A stretch of 63,630 nt of DNA, the filler included. It is 11 parts of 11 records of this genome, joined end to end, with 100 filler letters (N's around TTAATTAATTAA, not from the genome) between each part and the next. Parts side by side here need not be neighbours in the genome. Positions count along the whole stretch, not along the records: positions 55,992 to 60,513 come from SRR7504441_12648; positions 60,614 to 63,630 come from SRR7504441_12798; 9 more parts are not named here. The stretch is one strand, 5' to 3'. Position 1 is the first letter of the stretch, and each line of letters opens with the position of its first letter. Under the pieces are notes generated by a model. It had not been told where the DNA came from, did no database searches, and was given only the letters and a program-made list of their open reading frames with translations. Positions 58,117 to 63,630 of this stretch are shown piece by piece. A program made the translations under genes and the position numbers.

Positions 58117-59424
58117 TTACAATTCTTCCTCAGCATTGATGCGGAGCCGGATCAGCAAGCTTTCGTGAGGCCCGAGAATCGCTGGGGTGATATTTCCCAC
58201 AAACCCCGGGCCGTCGGTATGGTTCCACACAAACCGAGCTGACACTCTGGCGGTGCCCCACTCAGGCCGACCAAGAGCGGCGCCAACCACCGCGAGATCC
58301 ACACCCACGCATGCACAACCGCTCGGACTCTTGTCACAACTGATGCAGCCGCCCCAGCTGCCACGGTTGAAGAGCAGCACTGCCGCGTCGCCGTTGGCGA
58401 GCGGCCTCGCCCAGACTTCGCTCCACTGCAACCCACCGGGGTTGGAGTCGGAGACCTTGACAGCTGGCTTGCCCAGCGCATCTTGGTCGATTGCGATCAC
58501 CTCCCTGTTAGTGTACAGCCCGAGCGCCCGTGAGTCGTTGGCCAGCGAGTCCAGGTCATCTCCTATCGAGAGCGGAGCAGCAAACATCGTCCAGAAGTTG
58601 AACATGGTTCGCCGCTCCTCGAAACTCATCCGGCCCTTGACCATAAACAACTCGTCCAGATCGTTCCAACCTCCCGGACCAGCCGCCGGGAGCGCCACTA
58701 CCGCGTTGTCCACCGAGCGCATGACACTCTCCCAGCAAGGCTGCTGATCCGCTGAAATCCTCCACGAATTCGCAATCGCAGCCGCGTACGTCCACGGCGC
58801 GTCGGCTCCCCACGAGCACATGCTGAACAGCACTTTGTGCCCGGCGCGCACTTGCTGCTGCACGCATCGGCTCATCTCGGAGTAGCACGCCTGGCCGGTA
58901 TCGTTTCGAGACCCGCAGTTGCCCGGGCGGGGCCCGCAAAAGTCTTGTTTGATGTAGGTGACTCCCCACGCCGCGAACGTGCTGGCGTCCTCGCAATAGT
59001 GCCCATAGCTCCCGGGAAACCTGGCACACGTGTTCAGCCCGAGGTCTGTGTATATCCCGAGCTGCAGCCCACGGCTGGCAGCGTACTGGGCGATCTCGGC
59101 GAGACCACCCGACGGGAATTTGGTTCTGTTGGCCATCAGTTTGCCACGCATCGGCTGCCCGGGCGAGACGGGGGCGGTGTCCTCGGACCGGTGCGTCTGG
59201 TTGGACCAGCAGTCGTCGATCTGGAGGATGTTGTACCCAGCGGCCACCAGGCCCAGGTGGACCAGCAGGTCGGCGGTCCGTTTCAGGCTGTCTTCGGCGA
59301 CCTCGCAGCCGTACGAGCCCCAGCTCGACCACGTCATTGGCGGCCGCAGCGCCAGCCCGTTGTCGATCGCCACGACGGCCAGAGCCAGCCCCAGCAGCCA
59401 CAGCAGCTTCAAACGTAGAGCCAT
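58117..59424 (-). CDS. GH27 alpha-galactosidase (secreted, intronless)
   Basis: IDNGLALRPPMTWSSW; IDDCW; LGIYTD.G..TC; YIKQDFC; WRISAD; WNDLD; IDQDALG. Confidence 0.92.
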   Translation of the reverse strand: MALRLKLLWLLGLALAVVAIDNGLALRPPMTWSSWGSYGCEVAEDSLKRTADLLVHLGLVAAGYNILQIDDCWSNQTHRSEDTAPVSPGQPMRGKLMANRTKFPSGGLAEIAQYAASRGLQLGIYTDLGLNTCARFPGSYGHYCEDASTFAAWGVTYIKQDFCGPRPGNCGSRNDTGQACYSEMSRCVQQQVRAGHKVLFSMCSWGADAPWTYAAAIANSWRISADQQPCWESVMRSVDNAVVALPAAGPGGWNDLDELFMVKGRMSFEERRTMFNFWTMFAAPLSIGDDLDSLANDSRALGLYTNREVIAIDQDALGKPAVKVSDSNPGGLQWSEVWARPLANGDAAVLLFNRGSWGGCISCDKSPSGCACVGVDLAVVGAALGRPEWGTARVSARFVWNHTDGPGFVGNITPAILGPHESLLIRLRINAEEEL

Positions 59425-59678
59425 CGGTCGGAGATGGCCTGCAAACTTGCAGCCGTTGGGACCTGCCGCCGTGTCCGAGGCTTCTAAGCGAGGCTTGCCG
59501 CACGTGCCTGGTGAGTGCCCGTCTCTGGCCCGCCGGGTGCTAGCCGCCAATTTCTCCTGCCCCGGCTGTGCCGCGCACTCGACCCTCTCTGATGATGTTC
59601 CCCCCATCCCGCCACTCGCTTCCACATGTCGGCGTCGTGCGCCTGGGCCTGACGCACGCATGCTGGTGGCAGGCAGCC

Positions 59679-59897
59679 ATGGTTCTCGGCATCGTGTATG
59701 ACCGGCATGAGTGCTATCAAAGCACCGACCAGTCTGTTGTCGACCAGCTACGAAAGGAAGGCACGAGCATCGGGAACTATCCCCCGTACCCCGCGTACAA
59801 CTTCAATGCCGGGGCCGGCTTCTGCAATGACAAGGGGTACTTCTTCAGGAACAGGAAGAGTTCGGTGTATGGCTTTAATCAGTATGACAAGTCCTGA
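59679..59897 (+). CDS. Small hypothetical protein
   Basis: gcagccATG context after an intron-like segment; aromatic-rich 72-aa ORF with coding-like codons. Confidence 0.4.
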   Translation: MVLGIVYDRHECYQSTDQSVVDQLRKEGTSIGNYPPYPAYNFNAGAGFCNDKGYFFRNRKSSVYGFNQYDKS

Positions 59898-60077
59898 CCA
59901 GCGAGGTTGGCTGGGGCCCTCAACGGGCCCAATTCGTCCCTGTCTGACTACTCGTAGAGGCTCTAGTACTCGTATTCTTAATGAAGTTAGTAGCGCTTTT
60001 AGAAGTCTAATACGGCACAAACTACAGTACTTGGCCAGCTCACCCGACAGCGTCCTATTCCACGGACCGTTGGGGTT

Positions 60078-60130
60078 CCTTGCACCCTTGATTACACAAC
60101 CCTTGCACCCTTGATTACAACCCTTGCACA
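60078..60130. repeat. Short tandem repeat, unit about CCTTGCACCCTTGATTACA(CA)AC, about 2.4 copies
   Basis: Directly visible. Confidence 0.75.
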
Positions 60131-60159
60131 CCACGCTCCAGCTCTAGCTGTATCGTAAT

Positions 60160-60513
60160 CTACAAGTCTTGTTTCGCCTTGTCTGCGGTCACATCCGAGA
60201 AATCTCGTGGGATCGAAGGCATGGCGGGCGTTTCATCAGACACAAACTGCAGCTCGGCGTCGTGTGCTGTGCGCTCCCACGGGGGCTTGCTTGCCAGCCC
60301 AGCCTGATCACAAAGCTCGGCTGCGCCCCTGCACACTGTGTTCTCCAACTTGGAAAACTGATCCATGTTGCTCGACCCGAATGCTGCCCCCTGCAGTTAG
60401 CCACCCCCCAGGCTGCGGTGCCGCACTCGCGCTGTGGATCTCGTAGATCTTTTGCGCGAGCTCATAAAGGTCAGCCTTCTCCACCATCCGCCGGCAGGCC
60501 GCGCTCATCGCCA
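60160..60513 (-). CDS. ER-luminal protein C-terminal fragment, possibly saposin/Canopy-like
   Basis: AACRRMVE...LENTVC....LC pattern; ends KQDL (KDEL-like). Confidence 0.4.
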
Positions 60514-60613
60514 NNNNNNNNNNNNNNNNNNNNNNNNNNNNNNNNNNNNNNNNNNNNTTAATTAATTAANNNNNNNNNNNNNNNNNNNNNNNNNNNNNNN
60601 NNNNNNNNNNNNN

Positions 60614-61436
60614 GAGGATGACGAGGGAGCTCCGGGCTGCACTCGGGTCGCGACAATTCGAACGGATCCGAATCCCAAAGGTGCACTGGCAGGTCACCTC
60701 GCGCAAGGTGCTGGTCACTGAGTGGATCGAAGGCGAGCAACTGGCCAAATCACCGCCCGAGGTTATAGAAAAGCTGGTCGGGATTGGCGTGGGCTGCTTC
60801 ATGGCCCAGTTGGTCGACATTGGCTTCTTCCACTCAGACCCGCACCCCGGCAACTTGCTGGTGGATGAGCAGGGCCGGCTATGTCTGATAGACTTCGGGC
60901 TTTGCGCGGAGGTGGCGCCGCCAGACATGCGAGGGATGGTGAGTGCGATAGTGCACCTGATGGAGGGCGACGTCGAGGGGTTACTTACTGATGCCCAGAG
61001 TTTGGGGTTCCTGCCGAGCCGGATGGAGGATGAAGATTTAGACAAGCTGCTAGTAGTCCTGATCGAGATTTTCGACAAGGCCCAGCTGCAGCGCAACCTC
61101 AAGGTTTCAAAGTTTAAGACGGCGCAGCGGCGGCAGCAATTCAAAGCGGTTAGCCGGCAGCTGAATCAGGTGTTTTTCGACTTTCCGTTTAGCGTGCCCG
61201 ACTACTTTGCGCTGATAACCAGAGCGCTGATTGTGCTGGAGGGGATAGCTGTCAAGGCGAATCCTGAGTTTGATATTTTTGAGAGCGCCTACCCCCATGC
61301 GAGCAAGCGAGCCATGTCTGTTCTAGGGCTGAACGATGTGATGCGGTTGACTCAAGCAGCTTCGCACCAGCCGGAGCTGGAACTAATTGTCCGAGACATG
61401 AAGCTAAAAGGGACACACACTGTGAGTGCATCGTGA
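60614..61436 (+). CDS. ABC1/UbiB atypical kinase (5' truncated)
   Basis: VLVTEWIEG; GFFHSDPHPGN; LIDFG; PFSVPDYFALITRAL.VLEG. Confidence 0.92.
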
Positions 61437-61658
61437 GGATAGCGATTAATTATGGGAGCATCATTATCAGTTTATTCCAGTTAATCAGCAAATGAACTAA
61501 TCCTATCGGCTTGATTAAAATTTTCATCATTGAAACATGAGATTCATAATCAACACGAGTATGTCTGTAATGTTGTATGATGTAGTGCACCAATTACTCA
61601 ATAGGAACGAGCGCTCTCTAACTAGTACTTGAATTATACTTCACGCCCCCGCGTGCCT

Positions 61659-63460
61659 TTATCGTGCCTTTGCAATAACTGCATCAGCTTGAGCGCGCCA
61701 CATGGCACTCGGCCGAACATTGCCAGCCCCCGTGACACTTGCGACACCGTTCAATGTCATGACGCAACGCTGTAAATTGATGATCAAAGCTGGAGCCTCC
61801 ATCTCAGTCTTGGACTGTGAAATCTCTTGCTGCATCAACTCCATCACCTGCATGAGGTCCGCATCTTTCGGGTATCCAAAATGCTCATTGAAGAACGCTG
61901 TCCCGTACTGCTGATCGAAATCGCCGTATGCACTCATCAGCAGCAGTTTGTCTCCCATGCCACCACTGCACTTATAACCCAGCTGTTTAAACAGGCGCAA
62001 TATCTCAGGATCATTTCTCTCATCCAGGGCGACAATCAGCTGTGCAAACGTGAGCCGCTCCTCGGGGCTCAATGTCGGCGCATTGCCATAATCAATCAGT
62101 CCGAGCCTTCCATCGTCACATATCAAAACGTTGCCTGCATGTGGATCGGCGTTAAACCTGCAGCACACACAAGGCGCGTTAGTGGCAAAATCGCGCAATC
62201 GGTATTCTATCATCCAGGCGGTAAATGCACCTTCCATCTACCAGAACTTGATGGCCATGCACTTGATAAAGTAAGCGCGTCAGCTTGGGCCCATTGGGCG
62301 GAATTGTCGACCATTTGTATTCGATGGGTGTGCCCAGCACCCCACCAAGTCCTAAAGTGTAGTTGTACGTCATGGCAAGTCCGTTACGCACGATGTCCCG
62401 AAGCTTCATGTAGGCCAGGCCCGCTCTCACCTCGAGCTCGGATGGAGGCGGTGTATTGAGGAACTTATCGAGCATGACAGGATCTCTGAACTGCTCGTTC
62501 ATCTCATCCATCAGCTGACCTGCAGCACACACAAGGCGCATTAGCCGCAAAGCCACGCAACCGGTCACCTACACTCTTGTTCTGCTCTGCAGCCATCTCA
62601 GAGAGCACTTGGTTCATCCTCTTCTTAACTGGAACCCCCTGGACCGCGTCCATCACCATCACACGCTTTGTGCACAGCCCGCCCGCCCGGGTCGGAGGGC
62701 ACACTGGGTGCGTGCCATCCACAGGCTGAGGGATGAACACTTGCCGCTCAAATCCAGCGGCTACCATGTTGCGTCCGCACAGCCGCAGATTTTGGGCCTC
62801 CAGCTGGTAGTCGAATTCCGATTCAAACGACTTGCCAACCTCTTCGAATAGCTGGTCTGAATTCTCTAAAAAGTAGGAGCAGAGCGTCTTGATTGTGAAC
62901 AGATCCAGTCTGAAATACTCCTCCACTTCGGGGTACTGCACCTTGACTACGACCTTGTGCTTGCTGCCCCGGAGTGTCGCTGTGTGCACCTGGCCGATCG
63001 ACGCGGCGCCTATGGGCTGATCATCAAAGGTCTCGAACAGCTCAGACAGCGGGCACTGCAGCTCGTCCTCTATGATGCGCTTGATCAGATCACTGTCACG
63101 TGGGGGCACGCTGTCCAATAGGCACTTGAGCTCCTCCTCGTATGCGGCCGGCAGCATGCCGACCCCACACATCATCTGAGCCGCTTTAATGTAGTATCCC
63201 TTCATCTGGAGAACGATCTGCAGCACCTGAGGCGCATACTCGCGGTGCAATGACTCGAGTGCGGCCTCCCTGTCAGCCTTGTTCGCGTAGTCCCGATAGA
63301 GCGCCATGGTGTACGCTGTGCACAGCGGCGTCACTCGCGCGCCGAACTGCAAGGTGCGCCGAGCGCCGGGGTCGGTGTTGTACGCGTAGGCGACGCCACC
63401 TGCAGTGGCTCCAGTCGTGAGTGCCAGTCCCGCTCCGACGAGCTTGAGCGCCCTTCTCAT
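61659..63460 (-). CDS. ABC1/ADCK atypical kinase; introns 62520-62568 and 62158-62230
   Basis: GYYIKAAQ; L.D.VPP; PIGAASIGQVH.A; VVVKVQYP; EFDY.LEA.N; FNADPHAGN; LIDYG. Confidence 0.92.
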
Positions 63461-63630
63461 TTTGTGGCTCCAGTCGCGTCTGCACAGCCGCTCTCCCGAG
63501 CAGATTCGTCTCACCGTTATATAGAAACCAACGGCCAAACGGTTTCTATCAGCTACGTACAGCCGGGCGTACTCGGTACCCTGAGTTATGTACCCTATGA
63601 CAATCAATCAATCAAGAGTCTGTATTGCAC

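Noticed and set aside
4750-60613. Regularly repeated TTAATTAATTAA flanked by Ns
   Set aside because: Artificial concatenation linker, not a biological repeat or CRISPR array. Genes on different sides of a spacer cannot be treated as linked.
60614-63460. Two convergent ABC1 kinases as a functional pair
   Set aside because: Both retain their catalytic motifs and look like different subfamilies of a large family; adjacency alone is not informative.

Overview
The window is not one continuous locus. It is 11 short contigs of a eukaryotic (protist-like) genome joined by artificial 100-nt spacers (N44-TTAATTAATTAA-N44). The genome is very compact, with GC-rich genes, short AT-richer intergenic spacers, mostly alternating gene orientation and many small (about 38-75 nt) spliceosomal introns, a notable share of which have GC donors. 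About 37 genes or gene fragments can be read, including CAZymes (two GH27, GH29, GH95-like, an acetylesterase), RPL28, HSF, an RCHY1-like E3, two ABC1 kinases and a MACPF protein. The best candidates for undescribed biology are: (1) a putative Pol III telomerase RNA gene at about 51505-51865 (-); (2) a convergent pair of Neverland/DAF-36-like Rieske oxygenase paralogues, one with only the mononuclear-iron site and the other with only the [2Fe-2S] site; (3) a RING + UPF1-like helicase + Smr + SAM + 2xUBA protein convergent with an ankyrin + Mrr-like nuclease; (4) an FSH1-hydrolase + PPR + DEDDy exonuclease fusion; (5) two homologous introns in one ABC1 kinase gene (introner-like). All family calls come from motif recognition by eye and all splice models are manual; no searches were run.
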